Shown: positions 12,659-23,560, counted from the first letter of the whole stretch. The stretch is 63,938 bases of DNA, filler included, from Octopus bimaculoides (GCF_001194135.2; 8 parts of 7 records of this genome joined end to end with filler, not necessarily neighbours in it); one strand, 5' to 3'. Notes: a model not told the origin generated them from the sequence alone. Numbers and translations: made by a program.

Positions 12659-12786
12659 CTACATCTTGTATGAGATCGAGTCATGCCACAAGTTCTGTTG
12701 CAACGATATAATCACGGCCATCATGAAGGCTGTACAGACGGCTTATGGAGACTACGGCAAGGCTGTCATCCAGAAAGTACTTTATG
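12659..12786 (+). CDS. POP5: POP5 coding exon 2
   Basis: tttctgtgtttaag|...|gtaagt. Encodes YILYEIESCHKFCCNDIITAIMKAVQTAYGDYGKAVIQKVLY, aligning to human YLLCELV...VHGTFGAA. Confidence 0.9.
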
Positions 12787-12805
12787 GTAAGTACTTAGTC
12801 TTCTT

Positions 12806-12838
<33 letters not shown>

Positions 12839-13312
12839 ACACACATGCACACATACATGCTCTCATGCATACATGAGCCAACAAGGGAGTCTCTAAGCGA
12901 AGGGCTCTCATCAGAGGTCCACAGAAGATTTTTCTGTTCGAGTTTTTGTGCTATAAATCGGTTGAGCTTCTGCAATGCATAGAATACTTTTATTCTTTTA
13001 ATTGTTTCAGTCATTTGACTGCGGCCATGCTGGAGCACCACCTTTAGTCAAACAAATCGACCCGCCCCAGGACTTATTCTTTGAAAGCCTAGCACTTGTT
13101 CTATCAGCCTCTTTTGCCGAACCGTTAAGTTAAAGGGACGTAAACACACCAACATCGGTTGTTAAGCGATGGTGGGTGGGTGGGGACAAACTCAGGCACA
13201 CAAACATATACACACACACACATATATATATATACACACAACGGGCTTCTTTCAGTTTCCATCTACCAAATCCACTCACAAGGCTTTGGTTGGCCTGAGG
13301 ATATAGTAGAAG

Positions 13313-13563
13313 GTGGCACGTAAAATACACCATTTCAAGCGTGGCTGTTGCCAGTACCGCCCGACTGGCTTTTGTGCCGGTGGCACATAAAAACACCCAC
13401 TACACTCTCGGAGTGGTTGGCGTTCGGAAGGGCATCCAGCTGTAGAAACTCTGCCAGATCAGATTGGAGCCTGGTGTAGCCATCTGGTTTCACCAGTCCT
13501 CAGTCAAATCATCCAACCCATGCTAGCATGGAAAGCGGACGTTAAACGATGATGATGATGATG
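13313..13563 (+). mobile_element. RTE-tail SINE/LINE 3' end with (GAT)n tail
   Basis: gtggttggcgttcggaagggcatccagctgtagaaac...catggaaagcggacgttaaacgatgatgatg. Reverse copy at 52113-52560, partial copies at 17720-18030, 56600-56700 and 57005-57090. Confidence 0.7.
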
Positions 13564-13765
13564 GAGTCTTCTTCCCAAGTATGACATAATGCCAATAAAT
13601 TCTTTATTTTCATGATTAATTGCTGCAAAGTCTGTATTTCAATAGAAATGTAATAACAAAAGGCTTAAGAGTTAAGTCCCTTTATATCATTTTAATTCTT
13701 TGAACTCCTCCTCCCTCACGTAACATCTTTGTTTTGTTTGTTTTTTTTTCGTTTCTTTCTTTTAG

Positions 13766-13903
13766 TCAAATATTTTGATTGTAACACCAACACTATAATA
13801 ATAGTGGTGCCCAGGAAACACTGTCTTATGGTGCAGTCTGCAGTCTGCTTCATTAAACTCATCAAATGCAAGGAGGCATCTATGCGAACTCTTCATGTTG
13901 GAG
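13766..13903 (+). CDS. POP5: POP5 coding exon 3
   Basis: tttcttttag|...|gtaaaa. Encodes (V)KYFDCNTNTIIIVVPRKHCLMVQSAVCFIKLIKCKEASMRTLHVG, cf. human VRYLNAYTGIVLLR...FNTLHVG. Confidence 0.92.
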
Positions 13904-13964
13904 GTAAAATTAAGTCACTACTCTTTCTTGCCATTCGTCTTCTTGGTTTACTTGTGTGTGTATA

Positions 13965-14044
13965 TATATTTGTATATGTGTGTGTGTGTGTGTGTACGTG
14001 TGAGTATATATATGTATATGTGTGTGTGTGTGTACGTGTGAGTG

Positions 14045-14095
<51 letters not shown>

Positions 14096-14365
14096 ACGTA
14101 TGAGTGTATATATATATGTGTGTGTACGTGTGAGTATATGTGTGTGTGTGTATGTGTGAGTGTATATGTGTGTGTGTGTACGTGTGAGTGTATATATATA
14201 TATATGTGTGTGTGTGTGTACGTGTGAGTGTATATATATATATATGTGTGTGTGTACGTGTGAGTATATATATGTGTGTGTGTACGTGTGAGTGTATATA
14301 TATATGTGTGTGTGTGTACGTGTGAGTATATATATATATATATATGTGTGTATATGTACGTGTGG
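13965..14365. repeat. Compound (TG)n/(TA)n minisatellite anchored on tacgtgtgagt in POP5 intron 3
   Basis: About 11 variable-length units, each (TG)n-TACGT(G/A)TGAGT-(TA)n or similar. Confidence 0.8.
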
Positions 14366-14597
14366 GTGTATACATATTCTTTCGCACTTTTACTTGTTTC
14401 AATCATTTGACTGCGACCATGCTGGGGCACCACCTCAGAGGGTTTTAGTCAAACAAATTGACCCCAGGGCTTATTCTTTGTAACCTTACTACTTATTCTA
14501 TCGGTTTCTTTTGCTGTCACCACCACCACCATTACCACCACCACTGTTCACAGGTTCAATTCCAGTGAAAGTTGTTTCCTATCTATTCTTCCTCCAG

Positions 14598-14681
14598 GGA
14601 CGATAAAATCTACAAAGAAGATCCTGCTTGCTCAGCGTTACCAAGAGTTGCCTCGTGCGTTTCTGGAATGCAAGACCCAAG
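14598..14681 (+). CDS. POP5: POP5 coding exon 4
   Basis: ttcttcctccag|...|gtgagt. Encodes (G)TIKSTKKILLAQRYQELPRAFLECKTQ, cf. human GTIRTCQKFL. Completes the TLHVGGTI signature across the splice. Confidence 0.92.
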
Positions 14682-15522
14682 GTGAGTTGCTGAAGACTTG
14701 GTGTTTGGGATGTTTTTTTATATATGTTTTCATTGTTGTCATCATCATCATCATCGTCATCTTTGTCATCATCATCATCATCACCACCATCATCAGCAGC
14801 AGCTTAACACCAAGAGCATCATATCTTCATTATTATAGTTCGTCATCACCACCATCATCATCATTGTCGTCATAATAATAATAATAATAATAATCTTTTC
14901 TACAATAGGCACAAGGCCTGAAAGTTTTATGGGGAAGGGATGAGTTGATTACGTTGACCCCCCCAATGCGTAACAAATTGACCCCAGTATTTTGTTTTTC
15001 TTTAAGACCTAGTACTTATTCCATCAGTCTCTCCCTTGCCGNNNNNNNNNNNNNNNNNNNNNNNNNNNNNNNNNNNNNNNNNNNNNNNNNNNNNNNNNNN
15101 NNNNNNNNNNNNNNNNNNNNNNNNNNNNNNNNNNNNNNNNNNNNNNNNNNNNNNNNNNNNNNNNNNNNNNNNNNNNNNNNNNNNNNNNNNNNNNNNNNNN
15201 NNNNNNNNNNNNNNNNNNNNNNNNNNNNNNNNNNNNNNNNNNNNNNNNNNNNNNNNNNNNNNNNNNNNNNNNNNNNNNNNNNNNNNNNNNNNNNNNNNNN
15301 NNNNNNNNNNNNNNNNNNNNNNNNNNNNNNNNNNNNNNNNNNNNNNNNNNNNNNNNNNNNNNNNNNNNNNNNNTGATAGAGCTTGGCACCTGTGACGTTG
15401 CAGCTCATTTCTACAGCTGAGTGAACTGGAACAACGTGAAATAAAGTGTCTTGCTCAAGAACACAACACACAGCCTGCTCTGGGAATCAAACTCGCTCCC
15501 TGATGATTGTCAGCCATGTGCC

Positions 15523-15556
<34 letters not shown>

Positions 15557-15816
15557 CAATAGGCTTCTTTCAGTTTCCGTCTACCAGATCTCCTCCTATG
15601 GCTTTGATCTTCCTGAGGTTACATTAGAGGACATCAGCTCAAGGTTCCACACAGTGGGACTGAACCCAGAACCATTTGGTTAAGAAGCAAACTTCTTACC
15701 ACACAGCCACGCCCGCAACGTATAATGTTTGTTTTGTGATGTTTTTCTTGTGATTTTCGTTATTTATTTTTTAAAACTTTTTTTTTAATGTTTATTTTTT
15801 CTTCTTCTTCTTTCAG

Positions 15817-15980
15817 AAGAGAGAGAGAAAGTTCAGGCCTCGATCTTTGACAGTTGTTCCGGAAAGCTCGAGTCCCAAATAGAAGAAAACACCTTCAAGA
15901 TGCGAAGGAATGTCGTGACAACAACAACAACAACAACGACGACAGCAACAACAACAACGACAACAACAACAACAACATGA
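15817..15980 (+). CDS. POP5: POP5 terminal coding exon 5
   Basis: cttcttctttcag|. Encodes (E)EREKVQASIFDSCSGKLESQIEENTFKMRRNVV-T9AT10-stop, cf. human EREAIQKSVTRSC. The five exons total 531 nt (176 aa + stop) with consistent phases. Confidence 0.82.
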
Positions 15981-16233
15981 TTGTGTTAGGCTCAGCCTAG
16001 TGACGAGGAGTCTCTGCTACACACTTGATTGACCTTTTAGAAATAGAAGCCAGATTTCTGCCAACACAAACAACCTGCTGACTTGAAAATATGGTGGTGG
16101 GGGGCAGGACACTAGACAGTGTGTCCTTATATGATTGTATATGTTTATTTGTTTGTGTGTGTGTTTTAAAATTGTTATAACTTTCGTTGTATTGCGTGTA
16201 CTGGGCGTCCACAAGGTCTGGGTCCATGGAGTA

Positions 16234-16312
16234 AATAAAATCATGACAGAAACAATTAAATATAAGAAATGATAATTTCTTAAAGCATGTGGGGGTCCAT
16301 GGAGGAAATAAA
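16234..16312 (+). promoter_or_regulatory. Two candidate POP5 poly(A) signals (AATAAA at 16234 and 16307)
   Basis: Clear AATAAA hexamers downstream of the POP5 stop. Each lies in one copy of the duplicated unit gggtccatggag(t/g)aaataaaatcat. Confidence 0.35.
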
Positions 16313-16327
16313 ATCATAATATGTTGT

Positions 16328-16410
16328 TGTTGTTGGCACTCCGTCGCTTACGACGTCGAGGGTTCCAGTTGATCCGATCAACTGGAACCCTCGACGGAGT
16401 GCCAACAACA
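16328..16410. repeat. Fold-back hairpin: 20-bp perfect stem, 3-nt loop, 12-nt bulge, 14-bp perfect stem
   Basis: cgtcgagggttccagttgat-ccg-atcaactggaaccctcgacg, plus tgttgttggcactc / gagtgccaacaaca. Confidence 0.92.
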
Positions 16411-16615
16411 GAATATGTGGAGGTGCAATGGCCCAGTGGTGAGGGCAGCGGACTCGCGGTTTCGATCCCCAGACCAGATGCTGTGAGTGTTTATTGAGCA
16501 AAAACACCTAAAAAGCTCCATGTTGGGAAATGGCCAAAGAGAATTTGTTTCAGAGTTCTGATATCATTCATACATAAGAGATACCTGACCATATATATAC
16601 ACACACACACTCACA

Positions 16616-16655
<40 letters not shown>

Positions 16656-18419
16656 NNNNNNNNNNNNNNNNNNNNNNNNNNNNNNNNNNNNNNNNNNNNN
16701 NNNNNNNNNNNNNNNNNNNNNNNNNNNNNNNNNNNNNNNNNNNNNNNNNNNNNNNNNNNNNNNNNNNNNNNNNNNNNNNNNNNNNNNNNNNNNNNNNNNN
16801 NNNNNNNNNNNNNNNNNNNNNNNNNNNNNNNNNNNNNNNNNNNNNNNNNNNNNNNNNNNNNNNNNNNNNNNNNNNNNNNNNNNNNNNNNNNNNNNNNNNN
16901 NNNNNNNNNNNNNNNNNNNNNNNNNNNNNNNNNNNNNNNNNNNNNNNNNNNNNNNNNNNNNNNNNNNNNNNNNNNNNNNNNNNNNNNNNNNNNNNNNNNN
17001 NNNNNNNNNNNNNNNNNNNNNNNNNNNNNNNNNNNNNNNNNNNNNNNNNNNNNNNNNNNNNNNNNNNNNNNNNNNNNNNNNNNNNNNNNNNNNNNNNNNA
17101 GAAAAGTGTTCCTAAACAGATGGAGTTGTTGTGCCCAGATCTTCTTTCCTTTGATCACTAGAGGTTTGCTGGTCAGAAATAGGCTCAGGGTCAATAACAA
17201 TAGGGTATTAGTGACAACATTTTTTATTGGTGTTTTACTAAGTATTCCAGTTGAGAAGATGTCGGACTTCTTACCATTCCTCTGTAACATGTCTTCCACA
17301 CTGGAACATTGTTTTTTTTTTTGTACATAAATAAAAGCTTTTTATTTTCTAAGAGTTCCTTTGACAGAGGGAAAAAAAAATCTTTTTGTTTTTCTTTCCT
17401 TTTATTTGCAGTCCAATGACTTCCCATTCTTCTCTCTTTCACAATCAGCTATGTCATTTAGCATCTGCCTTCCAAGTTGGCCTGAGTTGGACAGTTCGAC
17501 TGGATCTGATGAGGCCAGAGACTGTATTACGCTCCAATGTATGCTTTGGCACAGTTTCTATTGCCTGATGACCTTCCTAAAGCAAACCACTTTGTGGAGT
17601 GTGCTACACACTTCTTTGTAGCACCAACACTAGTGAGGTTACCATGTACCCCACAAGACTAAGATCTGCATATATGGGTGTGTCTGTGTATGTATATACA
17701 TGTGTACACACACACACACACACAGCAGTTGCAGGAGCTGGCAAACCAGAGGACTGTGCCAAGCTCTGCTGTCTTCTTTGACATGGTTTCTACGGCTGGA
17801 TGCTCTTTCTAATGCCAACCACTTAACAGAATGTACTGGAAGCTTTTCTTCGTGTCAGTTTTCAGTATTCTGTGAGAACATGTCTGGCCACGGAGAAATA
17901 TTACCTTACGTGGAAACAGGTGAAGGTTGACAACGGGAAAGGTCATCCAGTCGTAGAAAATCTGCCTCAGTAAACTCCGTCCGACTCATGCAAGCATGGA
18001 AAAGTGGACGTTAAAATTATGGTGATGAGACACGGGTGATGAAATGTTGAGTTTGTGTAACAGGGAAGAGAAAAGAGGAGAATGTTCCATTGGATATGTG
18101 ATCGATAGGATGCAAAGGTTTTGAGGGTAGAGGAAAATGGGCATCAGAGATACTTGCTCAAGGGTACAACAGTGATGATGTGGATTTGCAGCGATGCATT
18201 TGAAGAATGATCATCCGTGTGTAAAAGGAGCCAAGTGCTGCAGGTGTAAGGACGTTGTGGGAGAGGAAGACCGACTAAGATTTTTCGTTGCGTGTACCAT
18301 TCAGAAAGCCCCGCGGGCCGCAGGTTTCCCGTGACTGATGCAGACGATACGATAAGGCGAGAGTTGATCTCAGGATGGATGCGTTGACTTGCGAAAGAGA
18401 GATAAAAAAAAATGATCTG

Positions 18420-18790
18420 AATTTAAACAAAATTAAATTGAACTGCTCTCATTAGGATTCGAACCTGATGCGAAAGGACGTCAAGAATGAACTTAAAACA
18501 AAGTTGCACTGGTATGATTCGAACCTGACACCGAGAATATCTTAGTTAACTTAAAAAAAAAAAAAAAAAGAGAAATTAAGCTTAACTGCTATGACTAGGA
18601 TTCGAAACTGATGCCTAACGATGTCAGAAATTATTCTGAAACAAGATAAAGTTGCACTGCCATGAACAGGATTCGAACCTGAAGTCGTAGGATATCTAGA
18701 ATTAACTTATAATAAAACTTGCCATGAGCAAGGATTTCGCATAGAAATGCCGAAGAATATCTGAATTATACTAAAACAATGTGTAAATAG
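18420..18790 (-). repeat. Tandem array of 5 degenerate copies of the tRNA-His 3' end (B-box/T-arm plus acceptor strand)
   Basis: Plus-strand ggattcgaacc-like cores at 18455, 18515, 18598, 18669 and 18732, versus 18804 in the tRNA. Each is preceded by an actgcc(a/g)tga-like acceptor complement. Period 60-83 bp. Confidence 0.85.
18773..18776 (-). terminator. Pol III T4 terminator of tRNA-His
   Basis: First TTTT run, about 17 nt past the tRNA 3' end on the minus strand. Confidence 0.55.
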
Positions 18791-18792
18791 AC

Positions 18793-18864
18793 TGCCGTGA
18801 CCAGGATTCGAACCTGGGTTACCACGGCCACAACGTGGGGTCCTAACCACTAGACGATCACGGC
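18793..18864 (-). tRNA. tRNA-His-GTG: tRNA-His (GTG)
   Basis: GCCGTGATCGTCTAGTGGTTAGGACCCCACGTTGTGGCCGTGGTAACCCAGGTTCGAATCCTGGTCACGGCA. 72 nt with all four stems paired, A and B boxes, GTG anticodon and A73. Stem changes relative to metazoan tRNA-His preserve pairing. Confidence 0.97.
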
Positions 18865-19373
18865 CACCCGTCTAATTGCTGCAAAGTTTCCAGATTAGTT
18901 AATTTCAATCGCTTCTGTTCTGTCAGAGAAATGCCGTGTCAAAATGGACCAGAAGTTCTCAAACGTTTTGGGTAACCGTCCCCACCTCACGGCCACATAA
19001 TACCCTCAGCGCCCCCTATTTTTACATATAAATAAATATTCTATATTTTACTAATGTATATATACTAAAGATCATTTGATATTTAATATTATATTATCTA
19101 ATTTGTATACAATACTATAATAATATTATAATGAATTCATAGTGCCCCCTAATCCATTGCCTTCCTCCCAATGCCTCCTTTTTCTCTACCGCCCCCTTAA
19201 CAGGGGTATGACAAAAGCGGCTGTGTGGTAATTAGCTTGCTTGCCAACCACATGTTTCCGTGTTCAGTCCCACTGCGTGGCACCTTGGGAAAGTGTCTTC
19301 TACTATAGCCCCTGGGCCGACCAAAGCCTTGTGAGTGGATTTGGTAGACGGAAACTGAAAGAAGCCCATCGCG

Positions 19374-19416
<43 letters not shown>

Positions 19417-20284
19417 ATGGATGTGTGTATATGTTAGTCTGTGTTTGTCCCTCCAACATCGCTTGACGACCGATGTTGGTGTGTTGTGTTTACGTCCCTG
19501 TAACTTAGCGGTTCGGCAAAATAGAATAAGTGCTAGGCTTACAAAGAAAAAGTCCCGGGGTCGATTTGCTCGACTATAAAAGCGGTGCTCCAGCCTGGCA
19601 GTCAGTTTCCGTCTACCAAATCCATTCACAAGGCTTTGGTCGGCTATAGCAGAAGACACTTACCAAATCTGCCACGCAGTGGGACTGAACTCGAAATCAT
19701 GTGGTTGGTAAGCAAGCTTCTTATCTCACATCTGTAATGCGCCATTATAGAAGTAAGATTGATATTTATTTTAATTTAGAGTGCGGCGAACAATGTGACC
19801 AACTCCTGGTTCGGAATTTAAAAAAAAGTCAGTAATCAAGGTTTTGGGAAGAAATGAAAATATAGAGCAAGGGAAATAATTCAGTGTCCTATATGATGAT
19901 ACGTTTGAAATTACTTCCCTTGGTCCATCTTTCAAAGTAACGGAATGCACACACGCACACGTCATATACTTTACCTTGAATCGATGGTTGTTTTTGCGAT
20001 CCCTCGAACTGCTAGAAATAGCAGCGAAATTTACCTGGTCATGCGTGGCTGGAGTGTTTTTTGATCATAGGTCTACTGGAAAGAGACTAACCGTGGATTA
20101 AATACATACATACACATAAATGTCTATACATATAAAATCTATATGTATACATATACACACAAACATATATATACACATACATGTATATATAAATAAATAC
20201 ACACATACATACAGGTATGTATGTATGTATACATATATATATATTATGTATATATATATATACACACGCATATAAGTCTGTCTG

Positions 20285-20346
<62 letters not shown>

Positions 20347-21548
20347 TATGTATATATATATATATNNNNNNNNNNNNNNNNNNNNNNNNNNNNNNNNNNN
20401 NNNNNNNNNNNNNNNNNNNNNNNNNNNNNNNNNNNNNNNNNNNNNNNNNNNNNNNNNNNNNNNNNNNNNNNNNNNNNNNNNNNNNNNNNNNNNNNNNNNN
20501 NNNNNNNNNNNNNNNNNNNNNNNNNNNNNNNNNNNNNNNNNNNNNNNNNNNNNNNNNNNNNNNNNNNNNNNNNNNNNNNNNNNNNNNNNNNNNNNNNNNN
20601 NNNNNNNNNNNNNNNNNNNNNNNNNNNNNNNNNNNNNNNNNNNNNNNNNNNNNNNNNNNNNNNNNNNNNNNNNNNNNNNNNNNNNNNNNNNNNNNNNNNN
20701 NNNNNNNNNNNNNNNNNNNNNNNNNNNNNNNNNNNNNNNNNNNNNNNNNNNNNNNNNNNNNNNNNNNNNNNNNNNNNNNNNNNNNNNNNNNNNNNNNNNN
20801 NNNNNNNNNNNNNNNNNNNNNNNNNNNNNNNNNNNNNNNNNNNNNNNNNNNNNNNNNNNNNNNNNNNNNNNNNNNNNNNNNNNNNNNNNNNNNNNNNNNN
20901 NNNNNNNNNNNNNNNNNNNNNNNNNNNNNNNNNNNNNNNNNNNNNNNNNNNNNNNNNNNNNNNNNNNNNNNNNNNNNNNNNNNNNNNNNNNNNNNNNNNN
21001 NNNNNNNNNNNNNNNNNNNNNNNNNNNNNNNNNNNNNNNNNNNNNNNNNNNNNNNNNNNNNNNNNNNNNNNNNNNNNNNNNNNNNNNNNNNNNNNNNNNN
21101 NNNNNNNNNNNNNNNNNNNNNNNNNNNNNNNNNNNNNNNNNNNNNNNNNNNNNNNNNNNNNNNNNNNNNNNNNNNNNNNNNNNNNNNNNNNNTATATATA
21201 TATATATATATACATGTATATACATACACATACGCACACACACACACACACACATATACACACAGATATGCGTGTGAGTGTATCTTTTTGTCTTTAATTG
21301 ATTCATTTCTTTAGCTGTGGCCATACTGGAGCACCTTGGTGAAGGGTTTAGAGGGACAAATCGACCGCAGCACTTCTCTTTTTTTAAGTTTGGTACTTAA
21401 CCTAGTGATCTATTCTGCAGAACCGCTAGCATACTAGGGCCGTAAACAAACCAGCATTGACTGTCAAAGCACACATGCAGTTACAACTCAAAAACAGAAA
21501 CACACACACGCACACACACGTTTATATGTATGTATGTATGTTTGTAGA

Positions 21549-21652
21549 CAGACAGCCAGCCAGCCAGCCAGCTAGACAGACGGACGGACAGACAGACAGA
21601 CAGACAGACAGATAGATAGATTGATTGATGGATAGAGAGAGAGAGAGAGATG

Positions 21653-21690
<38 letters not shown>

Positions 21691-21766
21691 CAGACAGACG
21701 GACGGACGGACGGACGGACAGACAGACAGACAGATTGATTGATGGATAGAGAGAGAGAGAGAGATG

Positions 21767-21797
<31 letters not shown>

Positions 21798-21940
21798 GGA
21801 CGGACGGACGGATGGATGGATAGATAGGAAGGTAGGCAGATAGACAGACAGACAGATTGATTGATGGATAGAGAGAGAGGGGGGAGAGATAGATAGACAG
21901 ACAGACAGACAGATAGATAGACTCACACACACACACACAT
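21549..21940. repeat. Compound tetranucleotide microsatellite (GACA/GATA/GGAC), representative of dozens
   Basis: Direct reading. Similar tracts at 2168, 5291, 31258, 37688. Confidence 0.95.
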
Positions 21941-22179
21941 TCAAAACGCCGATATTGTTAAAACAGAATACATAATGGATGTGAACGTTCGTTTCCCACA
22001 GCATTCTTCCTCCGTTTGTCACATAACCTTGGGCCACACCTCGTCCATACAAAAGGACAAAACGGGGGGGGGGCAGCTTCTCGTATGACCACCTTAGAGA
22101 CGGTGGGGGAGAGGGGGAGGGGTGCAGAGAGAGAAAGAGAAAGACACAGAGAAAGAAGAGAAGAGACAGGAATTCGGAG

Positions 22180-22206
22180 ATGTCATTTGTAAACTGGTTT
22201 AGCAAG
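22180..22206 (+). other. Candidate first-exon end (ATG..MSFVNWFSK|gtgaga)
   Basis: ATG plus a good donor AAG|gtgaga at the end of a unique stretch. No homology recognised. Confidence 0.2.
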
Positions 22207-22222
22207 GTGAGAGTGGTTGTTG

Positions 22223-22253
<31 letters not shown>

Positions 22254-22936
22254 CCACATCATCAATAACAACAACAATAATAATAATACGAGCAACGCCA
22301 ACGACAGCAGCAGCAGCAGCAACTACAACAACAAGGACAACGAGAACGCATTGTCGATGCAGACGGATAACACTTCGGAACGTCTTCTCTCTCTTCTGGT
22401 GTGTGTGTAGGCGCAGGTGTAGCTGAGGTCGACTTTGCCTTTCATCCTTTCGGGGTCGATAAATTAAGTACCAGTTACGCACTGGGGTCGATATAATCGA
22501 CTTAATCTCCTTGTCTGTCTTTGTTTGTCCCGTCTATGTTTAGCCCCTTGTGGGCAATAAAGAAATAAGAAGCTTGCTTCCCAACCACGTGGTTCAGAGT
22601 TCAGTCCCACTGCGTGGCAACTTTGAGCCACGGTCTTCTACTATAGCCTCGAACCGACCAAAACCTTATGAGTGGATTTGATAGACGGAAACTGAAAGAA
22701 GCCAGCCCGTCGTATATGTATATATATATGTGTGTGTATATTTGTTTGTCTGTGTTTACAGCCCCACCACCATCGATTGACAGCCCGATGTTGGTGTGTT
22801 AACGTCCCCGTAACATAGCGGTTCGGGAAAAAAAGATCGATAGAATAAGTACTAGGCTTACAAAGAATACGGTGACTGAGTAATATGCTTTATTATTATT
22901 AAAGCTACAAAAAAAACATCTCAAAAATATCACAAT

Positions 22937-22980
22937 AAACTGCTACTCAGAGTTTCACGTTCCCGTTCGCCGGAGAGTTT
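22937..22980 (-). ncRNA. Minimal hammerhead-like motif, U4C family (degenerate copy)
   Basis: aaactct-CCGGCGA-acg(ggaa)cgt-GAA-ACTCTGAGT-A-gcagttt. Confidence 0.5.
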
Positions 22981-23024
22981 AGATTGTCCGACGAACGAGA
23001 ACGTGAAACTCCGAGTAGCATTTT
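22981..23024 (+). ncRNA. Minimal hammerhead-like motif, U4C family
   Basis: agattgt-CCGACGA-acg(agaa)cgt-GAA-ACTCCGAGT-A-gcatttt. Confidence 0.55.
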
Positions 23025-23399
23025 ATTTGATATTTTTTATCTTTGTAATGTTTTTGCAGATCTGATAATCATGTCTGTGTGTATATATATATATAGCAAC
23101 AAGAAAAGGGAGAGGAATATGAGGTACTCATCAACTTGCAGACAATGTATTCCGTTGATGAACCTGTTTATTTTATAACCAAAGTGACAAAAAAAGACAA
23201 TATACAGACACTTATGACATACCATGTCATATCAACAATTAAGATTTCATATTTAAAGGACATTTAGCAATTGGAGAAGGGACAAAATCTTACAGCTGTT
23301 TCGGCCTAGCGTTGGTATGCCCCATTCTATCTCTATAGCTCCAGTACGCTGGAATATATATGTAGAAACAGTACTGTACTGTATATTTTTTCATTGCTT

Positions 23400-23560
23400 T
23401 TATAATTTGTGTATATTTATTTCATTATAAATGCAAAACAACACCACGGAGGAATCGCCGTAAGCTTAAATAAAAAACCGCGATAGGTGAACCGCAATAG
23501 GTGAACCGCGACGGGTGAACCGCAATAGGTGAACCGTGAAATGGCGAGGGATTAACCGTG
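23400..23560. mobile_element. Tigger/pogo-like MITE end with 4.4 x 14-bp subterminal repeat (23476-23536)
   Basis: (aaccgc[a/g]ataggtg)n followed by a gaaatggcgagggatta TIR-like end. Confidence 0.4.

Noticed and set aside
18420-18790. CRISPR-like appearance of the repeat-spacer array
   Set aside because: Eukaryotic context, repeats match the adjacent tRNA, spacers are homologous to each other, and there are no cas genes.
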